Shown piece after piece: positions 12,972 through 28,043 of a stretch of DNA of 64,000 bases (positions are counted from its first letter, which is position 1; every line of letters starts with the position of its first letter). Under the pieces are notes generated by a model. That model made no database searches and was not told where the DNA came from. It saw nothing but the letters and a program-made list of their open reading frames with translations. Source of the stretch: Eledone cirrhosa. Its lineage: Eukaryota. The DNA lies in NCBI GenBank assembly GCA_964016885.1, contig OZ024743.1, positions 4,712,001 through 4,776,000 on the forward strand, in the 5' to 3' direction. The translations under genes and the position numbers were made by a program.

Positions 12972-13199
12972 CAGTCGATATTGACCACAGTTGCAAACAA
13001 AGAAAACAAAGATGCTAATTTGATTGATGGCATGACAGTGCTGTTAAGGTGGTGTACCTTTTAACTTTCTGTTTGGTCAGCTGAACAGGATCATCGCGAA
13101 TTTAACTACTTTACCTTACTTTGAGTGTGTCGGTGTTTTGCCCTCCCTCCCCCTCTCATCCTTTCTCTCCCCTCTTTCACTTTCCCCTCACTCCCCCCC

Positions 13200-13287
<88 letters not shown>

Positions 13288-13368
13288 AAAGTTCTATTTA
13301 AAGTTGTTGGGATACAACAAGTAAATATTTTTATAACTGATATAAAGCACTCGACAAATTTTTGGAGT

Positions 13369-13412
<44 letters not shown>

Positions 13413-13525
13413 GTATACACATGCATTCACATATACATAGAATTATATGTAGAGAGAGTGAGATTTTCCTCCTCCCCCTCATTATCCACATAAACGTTCA
13501 GGCATATATACACACACACACACAT

Positions 13526-13627
<102 letters not shown>

Positions 13628-14248
13628 GTGTGTATATATATATATATATACACACATACATCAGTGCAGACATTCACACATACAAACCCGTTTATTTTTA
13701 TTTATATTCATATATTTATGAACTAAATGGCTGAAGCAGCGTACAAATGGATAAATTGTAAATACATTTACACGCTTACGTTAAATTACAATCTGTTTAG
13801 TCCCTGTTTAACATCAGAGCTGTTTTTGCTGTTTTTGCAGAATAATTCAATGAGTTGCGTCTTGACAAGCTACACAACAGTATTTATTAAACCTATGCAT
13901 GTATTTTTTTATAACTCATAAACACACTCTCAGTAAACACCACCGGCTTTGGGGTAAGAACAATGGAATCACTTTTAATATACATGTAGCTTTTAGATGT
14001 CAGAGCAAACAGCGATCCAAAATAAAAAATGGAATATTGTTGCAGAAGCCTACACATATACATCGGTGTTAGCATCTGTCAACCATACACAATGAAAAAG
14101 GTTAAGATCTTGATATGCGGAATACTTTGAGATCTTAGTTTTTGAATTGAAAGTTAATGGAATCTTGAGTCTATGAGATGGAGATGGAAACGAATAGTGA
14201 CAAAGGTTTTTAGTTCAATGGAGAAAGCCAATGCAAAACACAAGATGG

Positions 14249-14367
<119 letters not shown>

Positions 14368-14374
14368 ACAAACA

Positions 14375-14465
14375 ATGAGTCTGATGAGTTATTGATTCTA
14401 GAGTCGGGAACGAACGATACTAATCGTACCTTGAGCTGATCGATCGCGAAACGTGCGTCACTCGT
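14375..14465 (+). ncRNA. Type I hammerhead ribozyme with extended stem II
   Basis: AUGAGU-CUGAUGA-GUUAUUGAUU...GAUCGAUCGC-GAAA-CGUGCG-UC^ACUCGU; GUC triplet, 6-bp stem I; lies between (GT)n and TA-rich repeats. Confidence 0.85.
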
Positions 14466-14527
14466 GAATAAATATAACGATGATAATTTGACACTTCGTT
14501 CCTATTCCTTATATATGTATATATGTG

Positions 14528-14577
<50 letters not shown>

Positions 14578-15759
14578 CACACATATATATATATACATTC
14601 ACGTATATATATATGTATATATATATATATATTCATATATATATATACATACACACATATATATATATGTATATATATATATACACATGGATATACATAT
14701 AAATACATAGATATAGATATATAAACATGTATTATATATATATATATATAAACATGTATCATATATATATATATAAGATATATATATATATGTGTGTGTG
14801 TTATTTATGAATGCATGTAATTTCCTTCAATTATATTTTATAGATGCTGTTAACATTATATGCCTGTAAAATAAAATCTAAAAATTAAAGACAAAACCAC
14901 TTTATGCTCTGTATATGAACACATGTACAGTATTCATAGGTCGCATAGTAGTGGGTTTTCATTCTATCATTCATTCTAAACAACTTGACAATTTCCTGTT
15001 TAACTGTTACAAGACTGATCTGTTGTCTGTTGCCTTGTTTGCGTGTTTTCCTGTTGTTTTTATTGTTAATCCCGTTGTTGTTATCAATGTTACAGTTATT
15101 GTTGATGTTGATGATGATGATGATGATGTTGGTAGTGGTGGTGGTGAGGAAGGTGGTGTTAGTTGTTTATGAAAGCCATGGCAGTTGTTGTTGATGGTGG
15201 TCGTGAAGGTTGTTTGGTGGTGGTGGTGGTGGTGGTGGTGGTGGTTAGGTAGGTGGAGTTGCGTTGCTTTGTTCTTCTGATGCTAGTTGTTGATGAAAAT
15301 CAAGGTTGATGTTGTTGACGGTGGTGGTGGTGGTGGTGTGTGTGTGTGTGTGTGTGTGTGTGTTGGGGTGGGGTGGGGTGGGGGGTGATTGGTGTTCAGC
15401 GTATTGCTTTTTTCTGATGGTGTTATTGATGGTTGTCGTGTGAGTGCTGTTGATGATGGCTGGAGGTTTATCTCACATATGTCGGACCACGCCATGCTAT
15501 TTTCTCGGTTGGTGAGTTTTTTTTAAAAATTGTGATTACTTTTGTCAGCCTTGATTGCCAAAATGTGTTATCATTGGCTGGTGATAATCTATCAGAGAAA
15601 TATCTTACCCACAATCACCGTGGAACCGGGGTTCCAGTTCGATCCAAATAAAAAATTATCAGTTTTACACATTCAAATGCCAAGAATGAACACGATTCAA
15701 CAGTTTTGGAAGCTGTTGGTGAGTTTAGGAGTAATTGTTGCAGAATAAACAGGTTAAAA

Positions 15760-17140
15760 GACAACAACAAAATTTCCGAACTATAAAACAAGCAAGAGAC
15801 AGAGAAAGAAAGAAAGGAAACATTGTAGCAGCCACTTCGACGGTGAAAATGATGAAGCCAATAGCAATAATAGCAATAGTAACAACAACAACAGCAACAA
15901 AAAAAAAACAATAACAACAATGACTACGACAGCAATGACAACGACAGCAACAAAAACAACAAGAAACACATCAGACAGGAAGGTGGATTCAGCGACCTTC
16001 AGTGAAGCGAAGAGATTCATACAGAGAAACTGAAGGAAAGTTTAGTTGGCAGTGTTGGAAGACGTGATTTCCATCGTCCAAAAATGTACGATTATCTATA
16101 AGTGCATAAACCTCGGAAATAAACGTCGGGATCTACCTTTTATTTTAGGAGCTCCACGAATCTCATAGGGGTATGAAAAGCATTTGTTTCTCGAGGAAGG
16201 AAATACAGGATAGATGTAATATTCGTCTCAGAAAGAGCGAAGATTCCCTGTTAACTCCGTCATATGAGAAAATATGTAGTGGGTTGGAGACAGTTGTAAA
16301 CTTCGGTGCCTACCTCGACAGCCTGCTGCGACTCTCGGTGGAAGACGCGAAAGACTGTGATAAATCGATACAGGCAGCTGAGAAACGGATGGCGATGTCC
16401 GGTTGTGCAAGACGGAGTTTACTTGGTTTGGATGATCTGCTGTGAGAGTTTTACGAGTATATTCCAGACTTCTTCGGCGACATCTTTGCAGACGTCAACT
16501 GTAACTGGCAATAGAAGGAGAGAATTCACAGACGCGAACAAAGGATATGTAATGGATAATTTCCGATTCATAACTTTGTTGAATACAGAATTTAAGGCTT
16601 TAGTCAAGATGTTTGTAAAAAGATTTTCCATCAAGTGTTTGGTCAGGGAAGCATAAACATGAAGCACAAACAAATGGCTTTGGACAACTTCGATTAATCG
16701 AAAGCTTTTGACAAGGTCGACAATCGTTACTTGGCGGCTGATTTCGAGCAGCCGGTTTCAATCCCCTTTTCCGGAACTGGATCGCGGCAATGCAAAGTGG
16801 TTGTACAAGCTTAGTGGTAATTAAATGACCACCTCTAAGAACGGTTTCGTATTATTTAGGGATCGTCGGGGATGTCTTCTCTCATTTCTTCCGTATGTGC
16901 TGGCTCTCGAGCCAATTACGCGGAAGCTAGAGCTGTTGAAGGGCATCCATTTGTAAGTGGAATGTAGAAGAGCAGAGAGGAAACTATCCCTGAAAAGTCG
17001 GTCTATGGTGCTAAATGAAAAAGTTGCCTCCCTCATCATTTACCATCCGACGGTCATGCCTTGTCCCAGTTCTCGTCAGACCAAATTAGAGCGTTTGCTT
17101 TTCCACTTCTTGTGGAAAGGGCTTGTCGCACTTGTCAGAA
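15760..17140 (+). pseudogene. Old, deleted Tx1-clade LINE remnant
   Basis: Fragments DNFRFITLLNTEFKAL, SKAFDKVD, AERKLSLK.R and LERLLFHFLWKG match ORF2 at 40561-43980; many stops and deletions. Confidence 0.8.
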
Positions 17141-17267
17141 TAAATAAAATAAATAATATATACACAATGTTTATAAGGAACAGAAGAATTTGTGACTGCG
17201 GTGGAGTCATGATCGAATGGTTAACAATTTCACCGTGCAATCGTGAAATTGTTAACCGTTCTGGGAT

Positions 17268-17356
<89 letters not shown>

Positions 17357-17461
17357 GAGTTTTATTTACCAGAGTCTTTCAATAATATTTTTGAAAGATG
17401 AGGGAAAGAGAAAGACGGTTTGTTCTGAATATTCTTATCACCGTGTTTTATGATTTTTAAT

Positions 17462-17650
17462 AATTGTTTCTACGTTTGGAACAAAGCCAGCAATTATCCC
17501 AGTGCATTACTGGTACTTTATGTTATCGACCCCCGTAAGGATGAAAGGCAAAGTTAACCTCGGCGGTATTTGAACTCAGACTGTAGAGGACCGTAACTAT
17601 TTGCTGCAAAGCATGGCGTCCGACCCTCTACCGATACTGCCAACCCACTT
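17462..17650 (-). mobile_element. tRNA-derived SINE with Meta-like central domain; further copies at about 18886-19070, 21760-21905, 23412-23590, 24302-24435, 52168-52330, 52333-52532 and 54225-54425
   Basis: Minus strand has A-box TGGCAGTATCGG, B-box GAGTTCAAATAC and GAGGTTAACTTTGCCTTTCATCCTTACGGGGTCGATAA; repeated across the window. Confidence 0.8.
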
Positions 17651-18641
17651 TAATAATGCAGAGATGGCGAAAAATATAGAAACGTAACTATAGAGTTAAG
17701 ATCATTACACGTCACTCGGTAAAAAAGAAGAAGTGATCCTTAATTTGGAACATTTTCCAGACATCTTAAATCAGAGTATGTCTGCACCTGGAAAGTTACT
17801 CTTCAAGTTATTTATGTCTTGATGAAGACCGATAGTTACTCATGCGTGTGATTCTTCTTTTCCCATGTCACTGGCATTGCCAAAGGGAAAAGCAAGGGTT
17901 AATACTGCTTGTCACCAGGGTCATTGTTTATCAAATCCGAAAGAATTGAAGGTAAAATTGTCTGTATAAATTTTGAACTCGTAAAGCAGTGAGCCAGAAA
18001 AATGCTAAAACAAAGTTCTAAGGCATTCTATCTATAAAGACTTTACCAAATTCGTCGCCTTAACACGTTTGTCACTAAACTGCCTGAAGTCACCCCTGGC
18101 TCTACGATCAAAAGTGCTTATATGTATCTAAAATATTTTACATTATAATTTCATCTATGAACTTTTGTTAATTTATGTTCCAAACACCGGCTTAATAATG
18201 GCAAAGTTAGTTATATTATTAAATCCTCCAAATTCTATATTATTTAAGGAAATAAAAGGGATAAACATTTAAAGAGAAGTCGAGGAAGAGGAGATAAACT
18301 GCTTACTTAATATCTAATATGGACTAAAGGGAGACTGAAATCCGATATAAACCAAATATATATGTTAAGTGTCAAAGGTAAGATCGTAAAATGAATTTCT
18401 ACGTCGACCCAGGAGGTGTCTATGTACCTGAATATTTTATATTCAAGAATTATAAGATGATAGTCGATAAGACGAGCAAAAACAATTAACATTAGCATCT
18501 GATGGTCTGTTGATGGCATAAAGGTATACACCTGAAACAATAAATCAGACATTTTGACAACGTGATGGATTGTGGATATTTAATGCCTAACAAAGGACAT
18601 GTAGTCACACTCGCACATACACACACATACACATACACGCG

Positions 18642-18678
<37 letters not shown>

Positions 18679-18784
18679 GAGAAAGATGTGTGGGTGCTCG
18701 TGGGACGTGAGTGTAAATATGTTTTAATGCGAACTATATATTAACAATCCATTACTTTACATATATGCATACATAAATATATAT

Positions 18785-18822
<38 letters not shown>

Positions 18823-19632
18823 TTATATATACACACACACATATTTATATACACATACACACACACACACATATATATATATATGATTGTTTCTACATTT
18901 GGCACAAGGCCAGCAATTACCTTAGTACATTACTGGTACTTTATTTTATCGACCCCGTAAGTATGAAAGGCAAAGTTAACCTCGGCGGGATTAGAACTCA
19001 GAATGGCAAGGACCGTAACTCACTGCGTCAAAGCATGGTGTCCGAATCTCTACTGATACTGCCAATCTACCACCCATATAATGCAGGTAAATCAACTATT
19101 ATAAACGGAAGTGAAAGTTTCTCTAACCTTACACGCACAGACGCGCAAGCGTACATTGTTTTTCTATATGTGCTAGTGAGCGTTGTGCTCATGTAATATT
19201 AATGAGGCTTGTATAATTGTTATATGATTAAAGTAGGTAACTAGGCTGGTTGTTCTCTAAGGGGAATATATATATACACACGAACACAGATTTTCTATAT
19301 GCTTGCCAAATTTTTTATTTGGAATCGTGTGTTGAAACAGTTATACTCTGGGATGGTCATGCTACAAATAAAACACACGCACTAAGTTTTCAAAGTTCTT
19401 TTGTCTCACATTCTGTGACCTACTTAATGACTATTTGGGTCCTCCGTGCTTCCTCCTTGTTTCGGTGCTGCTCTAGTTACCCCAACTTTGTTCTTTTCTC
19501 GTTCAAAAATAAAAGATAAAAAAATGGAATATCAGAAGCAACATCGAAACGAGGGAGATAAAGAGGTTCAAAACAGTCATCAAGCGCGTTACAGAAAGTG
19601 CGACGGAATACATTTGAGGATTAAATAATAGT

Positions 19633-20470
19633 TTGACTGCCCCAAGCAGTATGTATATGTATAGGGGTAAAAACCGAGAGGTTATATCTATCGTAGGTAA
19701 CGGACTCAGTGCAAAGGACGAGTTCGCTACAGAGTTAGTTCCACAAAAATTTAGCAAACCATGCTCGAGGAAGCCGTTTCCCCGGCTGGATTTTCAACCC
19801 GTGTGTGGATGCTGTGAGAATGGAAATATATATGAGCTGACTGCATTCTGCCCTATTCAAAAACAGTGTAACACATCCGCAGCCGCCTATGAGGCTGAAG
19901 TTACATCCACTCGACCGAAAATATGTTGGTATGTCGGAGAGATGGTTTAAAGAACGCTTCCTTAACCATTAGACTACCTTTAGACAATCTAAAGGTAGTC
20001 AATCTAAACGATCGTCCACGAAGCTGGCAAGCCACGTATGGTCACTCAAGGATGCAGACGTGAATTTCTTCATTCAATGGAAATTTCTAGTCAAATCCAG
20101 GTCATGTGGAAATGGCACAGTGTCCTGTAAGCTGTCGTGAAGAAATTGTGAACGTTTTGCAGAGGTTACGTAATAGTACTTAACTTAATACTAGAACCGA
20201 TTTTTTTAATCGCTGTCCCCATGCTGCGAAGTGTCTGTTACGAAAGACCCAGGACAACCATAAGTCTAATCCGGAATGAACAAACTCAAACGAAAATTGT
20301 CCCACTGCAACAGTCTAATTTGAGTTGTCTCTCTTGATACCAAACTACCGCCATCTACCGCGCAGAACCCAGTCAGCTCACTTCCGTTCCCACTGTGGCC
20401 ATACATGAGTTGAAAATCCGACCGGTGAGACGTGCGTCTTCGAGTATCGTTTGGTAATTTGTTATGGAAC
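19633..20470 (+). pseudogene. Degenerate Penelope-like (Naiad-type) GIY-YIG 3' end with downstream HHR relic
   Basis: CGC..CPIQKQC...AYEAEV...YVG; after a frameshift FKERFLNH..TKLASHVWSLKD..IQWK..SCKL..LNTRTD..RCPH; U3A8 HHR-like fold at 20407-20441. Confidence 0.8.
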
Positions 20471-20493
20471 TAAATCTCTCTCTATATATATAG

Positions 20494-20646
<153 letters not shown>

Positions 20647-21103
20647 CGTGTGTGTACGGTATATATATATATATATATATATATGTGTGAATGACTATGT
20701 GTACATAAGTGCGAATACGCAATAACTCTCACTTTCGCTGTCTCTCTTTTTCTGTGTCTATATATATATAGGGAGAGAGAGAGATAGAGAGAGAGAGAGA
20801 AAGAGAAGGAGAGAGAGAAAGGAATGTCTGGGGTGGCAGCTGAAGGCACGTGATTGAGTGATATAGAGGATTAATGTGTGAGCATGAATGTGGGGGTTGG
20901 GGGTCAGAGAGAAAGTAAATATAGACATTAAGTGCTCAATATTTCATGATGAGTATTTGTAGCGTCTAACGAATGATATTGTGATGGCCATATAAAATAT
21001 GTATTACAGATAATTATCCTAATATGATATACTACCTCCTTTAAGATAAGTGACATATTAGTGCGCCATAATATGCCTTGCAGTCGAGCTCGAGTCGAGT
21101 AAT

Positions 21104-21140
<37 letters not shown>

Positions 21141-21173
21141 CAACAGCAGCAGCAGCAGTAGTAGTAGTAGTAC

Positions 21174-21226
<53 letters not shown>

Positions 21227-21240
21227 ATAGCAGTAGTAGC

Positions 21241-21326
<86 letters not shown>
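21104..21326. repeat. (TAG)n microsatellite
   Basis: Read directly. Confidence 0.95.
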
Positions 21327-21327
<1 letters not shown>

Positions 21328-22171
21328 CGTTGTGGTGGTGGTTATGGTGGTGGTGGTGCTGGTGTTGGCGAAGACGAGGAAATTGCCGAATATGATGACT
21401 ATGATGATGATGATGACGACAGCATATTGTATTTTGTTGTCTGTTTTTTGTTTTTTATTAATCGACCCAGCCCGACCACTAGATATTATAAACAACAAGC
21501 TTGTTAGTTACTGGACGTATGGTTTTGTATGTTAAGGATATTCTCTAAAGTGCCATAAGACTAGTAAAGATCAGCAACAACAAAGCTCAATGAGGTTTTG
21601 TTAGTTTGCATCTATGAGTTCGTATCCTGTACAGAATATACTACTGATACACACATAGAAAAGGAGAATGGATCTATATCGGTTGCAGCGATGACTATTA
21701 AGTTGTTCAACCAACTGATCTGTCTATTCATTGAATTATAATGGTTCCTGATTTAGACACAAGGCCATTACTGATACTTTCTTTTATCGATCCCATAAGG
21801 ATGAAAGGCAAAGCTGACCTCGGTGGGATTTCAACTCAAAACGTAAAGGGTCATAAATCTATGATACAAAGCATAATGTCCGACGTTCTACCGATTCTGC
21901 CAATTCACCTACAAATATTTCAATATATTATAGAGATTTTGTACCTTTAATGAAATTCTCAGGTAGAATCAGCGTAACACTGTGTATGACAAGATGTGTC
22001 TATTGAAGTACAGGTAGAGTCCTTCCGACAGATTTTCGCAAAGTTTTTGTCTACTCAGTTTTATTAGGGCAACGTAGAGCTATGGTAGAAGACATTCAAA
22101 ATGCTACGCAATGGGATTAAATCCGAGCGTCCATGGTTCAACACCTATACGCGTGCACACACACACACACG

Positions 22172-22243
<72 letters not shown>

Positions 22244-22775
22244 TACACACAAATAGGCATCCACAACTGAAAGGGGTAGCTTCTACACTGTCGATTTGTA
22301 AGTGATAGCGACCAAATCTCTCTCAAATCACCGCTTTTATCTTAAAACGGACACATTGGATAATGAAACTCAACAAACACTATACCTGAATGAAAGATGA
22401 GACGGTTGGAACTAGTAAGTTCTTGATTGTACAGCTGGTCAATCTGAGTTGACGGTTGACGAAGAGCTAAACAGCGTTGACATATACAGACATATATTAA
22501 ATGTACACAAGTATATCTTGATTACAATATAACCTGAGTGTTGTGTATGAATATGTCGGTATATTGATAGTCATGAATGTCGCACCCCCCCCCCCACTCA
22601 TTTCCTCTCTATAACTATCATCTGTATACGCGAATGTATGCATATGTAGATGTAACACGCCAGAGTATGTATGTATGTATGTATATAAATATATATATAT
22701 ATATATATAGACGCACAAATAAGTACGTACACAAAAACACACAAAGACACATGCAAACACACACGCATATCTCTT

Positions 22776-22838
<63 letters not shown>

Positions 22839-22938
22839 AAATAGTAAAAAGGAAAAAATACAGTAGAAAATGCTAGAGGGATTTTTTCAGTATAACATGA
22901 AAACATTTATTTATAAAGTAGGGATTTCCGCATTTAAT

Positions 22939-22977
22939 CGTGTACTGGTTTCAGCTTTATATGCTTTTTCAACGACG
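22939..22977 (-). ncRNA. Possible minimal hammerhead with U3A8 core
   Basis: CGUCG-UUGAAAA-AGC AUAUAAA GCU-GAAA-CCAG-UA^CACG; stem I needs one bulge; adjacent fold-back arms about 23038-23096 and 23116-23173. Confidence 0.45.
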
Positions 22978-24199
22978 GAAGTGTATAGTGCAGTTAAATT
23001 GCATATTTATACGAATAATGATAATAGAGAAAATTTCTTTTTAGTTTTTACATACATATTTAGAGAGAAAGTTTCATATTTTTGTCCGTAGTTTTGTTAG
23101 TATTGACCAACACTTCAAAACTACGGACAAAAATATGAACTTTCCTCTGTAAATATGTATGTAAAAACTAAAAATATGCAATTTAGATAGATAGATAGAC
23201 AAACTATATTTATATAGTTCAGAGATTTGATTATACAAAGTCTAAATAGTTTCAAGCTTGATGGAAAAATTTAAAAAAGAATTTCTTAATGTATAGGTAA
23301 GAATAAAGTTCAGATAAGAATAAAGTTAAGAGAAAGAGGATGCTGAAAGATTGAAGAAAGAAGTATGAAGATGGGTGAAGTGGGGGGGGGGGGGGGGGCG
23401 TAGATCTATTAATAATTGTTTCTACTTTTGGCACAAGGCCACCAATTACTTCAGTATATTACTGGTACTTTATTTTATCGACCCTGTAAGGATGAAAGGC
23501 AAAGTTAACCTTGGCGGAATCTGTACTCGGTCCATAAAGGGACGTAACTCTATGCTGGAAAGCATGGCGTCCGACTCGCTACTGAAACTGCGTGCGGGTG
23601 CGGAGCATTATGGAATGCGTGTGTTGTAATTGTTTGTATGTGTGTGTATAGAGTAGTGTATATATTGATTGTGATGGTGTATGTCTGGGCGTATTATGAG
23701 TGTGTTTGTGGTTTGGTTTATATGTGTGTTCTTTATGCATTGCCAACGGAAGTGTGTGTATGTGTGTACGTGTCTCTGTTCGGTTGCATGTGTGTCTGTT
23801 GTAGTTTCTGTGTTCTTACGAGCATGTGTATATGTGTGTCTGTTCGATTGCGTGTGTTTTTTTAGTGTCTGTGTGTAAATGTACGTTGTGTGTATGTAAG
23901 TGTATGTTGCATATGTTTGAGGGAGAGTATGTGTGTGTGTGTGTGTCTATGTATAAGTGTGTAAATGTTAAGTCTGACTCTTGTCAGACTGGCACTTAAC
24001 CCGATTTCATTTGTGTTAAGCAACTGAGAGTAGAACCCTACTGCTGGTACTTATGTTTCGGTGAGTGGACTGGAACCACGTAAATTGAAACTACGACTTA
24101 ACCATCGTAAAACTATGAACTTAACTACTAGGCTACGCACCTTCACATACACACATATTCATATACACACATATCCATACACACACACACGCTCACACG

Positions 24200-24304
<105 letters not shown>

Positions 24305-24485
24305 ATTGTTTTTACTTTTGGCACAAGGCCAGCAAATTAACCAGTGAATTACTGGTACTTTATTTTATCGACCCCGTAAGGATGAAAGGCAAAGTTAACC
24401 GCGGCGGGATTTGAACTCAGAATGGCAAGGGCCGTATATATAATAATAACATGAAGAAAGATGTTGATGTTACATAAATCGTTTA

Positions 24486-24573
24486 TTCATAATAATTATT
24501 TCAACGGTTCTCTTATGCAATCCAAGATGTAATTCCTGCATTTGTTGTTATGAGAACGGTATCTTCAGATGAA
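24486..24573 (-). ncRNA. Type I hammerhead ribozyme with extended stem II
   Basis: UUCAU-CUGAAGA-UACCGUUCUC...GAGAACCGUU-GAAA-UAAUUA-UU^AUGAA; palindromic stem III. Confidence 0.75.
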
Positions 24574-24792
24574 AATAACGATATACTGATATGCCAAAAC
24601 AACACCTCCTTCTATTCGTGTGCCCAACTCACATGCGAATGTAGAGAGCTTTCTCCTGCTTCCTCCTGTTTTTACCAAAACAAGTTCTACCGTGTGTGTA
24701 AAAGTTAAGCAGAAATAACAACACAATCGGTACAGTATATGAAAGGAATATATTAGTTTAACGCTTGAAATAGCAGGAAGAGGGATATATAT

Positions 24793-25230
<438 letters not shown>

Positions 25231-25269
25231 TTCTACAGGACTAGAACTGTTTCATTCATTAGAAATCAT

Positions 25270-25374
<105 letters not shown>

Positions 25375-25521
25375 TATATATATATATATATGCAAAAGTT
25401 ATATTTAAATTGTTGGGATACAACAAGCAAATATTTTTATAACTGATATAAAGCACTCGACAAATATTTGGAGTAGATATACGATATTAATAAATGGAAA
25501 CTATATTTATAAAACCATATT

Positions 25522-25586
25522 TATTTCATTATATATATTTCAAGGATACCAAGTTACATTATGGTATGCCTTCATCAGACAAAATA
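25522..25586 (-). ncRNA. Type I hammerhead ribozyme, family C
   Basis: UAUUUUGU-CUGAUGA-AGGCAUACCA...UGGUAUCCUU-GAAA-UAUAUA-UA^AUGAAAUA; 8-bp stem I; tail 25392-25476 recurs at 13285-13370 and about 1637-1711. Confidence 0.8.
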
Positions 25587-25953
25587 CAATATATAACAGT
25601 TTTATAAATAGACATTGACGTACCATTTTAAAAATTGACCGTTGTTTTTGGAGGCCATCAGGATAGTGATTTGTTTACTTTAGTAAGTCATAGTGTTAAG
25701 AGTAAGTAAAAAGATGGAGAGAGAGAGAGAAACGTGGAGAAAAGAAAGGGAGAGTTAGATAAAGAAAAAGAAGAAAACAAAAAGAAAAGAGAACAGAGAA
25801 AAATAAGGGGGAGATATCAAACCATCAGACAGAGAAAAAGATATATATATATATATAAAACCAAAGATTAATATGGTTCATTGATTACTCAATGAATATA
25901 GTTTTACAATAGATTAAAAGCACTCTACAAAGAAGTTTTCTGGAGTTATTAAT

Positions 25954-26254
25954 ATTATTCAGAATAATAATAAATGAAGACATTCACATAATCAAAATAT
26001 ATGTTTTATTATATATATTTGGAAGTTACTGTGCTGTTTTTTCAATGGTCTTGATGGTTCAATTCCAGTATTGGCAGTATTGACTGCCAATACTGGAATT
26101 GAACCATCAAGACCATTGAGGTATGTCATACGTCAATTCATGTATTTTATCTGACGAGGACGTACTGAAAAAACAGCACAGTAACTTCCAAATATATATA
26201 ATAAAACATATATTTTGATTATGTGAATGTCTTCATTTATTAATATTCTGAATA
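25954..26254. mobile_element. Family-C-like fold-back with G12C hammerhead relic (26143-26206, plus)
   Basis: Inner arms 26042-26078 and 26083-26119; outer arms about 25954-26043 and 26166-26254; core CUGACGA...CAAA. Confidence 0.7.
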
Positions 26255-28011
26255 ATATATATATATGGCCCATGATAAAGGAATATTTTCTTCGTTGGAC
26301 AAGTGATGAAGCGCTCATATTGGCGTTGGAGATAATATAGTTCTAGTTGGAGAGAATAAAGTTTATACATATATACGACGGGCTTCCGCATAGTGGCTGT
26401 CAACCAAATTCTATTCAAACCGTAATTATTGTATAGGAACCATATATGGCCCCATCTCATGCCAGTGCCAGAAAGTGCAGCTACATTTCCATTAAATCAC
26501 ACCATATCGTCTTAAAAATAAAAGGGCTACCTGAAAGTCGGACGTGATAGATTTTCTGCTGGAAAGCCATTGATAAGTCTGCCGAATAATAGCTGACTGG
26601 TGACCAAATAACGATGTAGAACATGATAGAAGGTGTGTACCCCGCTTATAAATAGAAATGTCCAATGCCTTATATAATCACAATATAGAAGGCCCTCAGC
26701 TGTCATGACTAACCATATGCTTGCATCTTAAAAGTTCCTCAAAGGCTCGGGAAGCGTGGTTTGTGGAAGACCAGCAGTCACCCATGTATGCAAGTCTCCC
26801 TTCTCCACAACAGAAAATGCCGATGCGGCATCGCATCGGTGTCGTTTCAACTCACAGCTGGATAGAGTAGCACAACGTCAAATAAAATATCTTGCTTAAG
26901 GACACAATGTGCCACCCATTCCGGAATTCGAATTCAGGACTTTAAGATCTGGAGCTCAGGTCCCTACCCAGTAATGCACGCGCCTTACTAATTACAGTAT
27001 ATATACTTGTGTAGTCTTATATTGTTACATCACTTCAATATTTTACCTAGTCCATTACATTTAGCTATAAAACGATTTTCTAAACAACACTTATAAGTAA
27101 AGTGAGGCGATATTATTTCAACCAGGGACATAAACCAAGTGATCGTAAGAGTAACTTTAACGCTTACACTTAGCTCACAGAAACCCTAAGTATATATTTC
27201 TTAGTTTAGTCTGAGACTTCGTGGTTCTACTTAAAAGGAAAACGACATGTTATGTTCACACCTTTCTAAACTTCCTCTACACTCACAACACAAATTCGAA
27301 ATACATATCTATAAGGATATAGCCACATGGCTGGCTTTAAAGGTAAATACCATAGTTGTTTGAATTGCTCAGAGTATATTACTGGTAGTCTAAAACTTAA
27401 GGAATAATGCTTGATACATTGCCGTCAGCTCTTTCTAAAAACTCACAAACTAAACTTTGAAAGGAAGTACGGGATTTAGCTTTTTGCTACATAAGGTAGC
27501 ACTTAGGACCTCACAATCTCCAGGTGCCTCACAATAGTTAAAAGGTATATCCGTTTTATTTTTTAATTTTGGTAAAGTCTTCTGGTGTACATCTTTCACA
27601 AGGGGCCTTCAAGTTATATATAGCTTAAGGCCTCACCAAGTCTAAATCCGACACAGTTTAAAAGTGTAAAGGAATGAAAAATAAATAAATTAATAAATAA
27701 ATTAATAAATAAATTGATAAATAAATAGATAAATAAATAATTAAAGCCAGGTAACTTACTGGGTGTGCAATCCTTTATGGTTATCCTTAATTCCATAAGT
27801 ATACCATTTCTTGGCAGCAATATGTTTTCAATTTTTATGTATTTGTGTATGTGTGTTTGTAGGCAAGCATGTATGTATGCAAGAATGTAGGCATGTATGT
27901 GTGTATGTCTGTCTGTATGTGTCTATGTATATATGCATGTATGTATATGTGCATGTATGTATGTATGTATGCATGTATGTGTGTATGTATGTATGCATGT
28001 GTGTGTATGTG

Positions 28012-28043
<32 letters not shown>

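Noticed and set aside
15283-15495. Minus-strand ORF MAWSDICE with a good start context
   Set aside because: Runs into microsatellites and has no recognisable domain; possibly a decayed LINE ORF1 start, but unsupported.
20125-20145. TGA near the CxxC motif of the Naiad-like remnant, as possible selenocysteine
   Set aside because: Better explained by a 2-bp deletion in TGT AAG CTG TGT CGT GAA; the remnant has other lesions.
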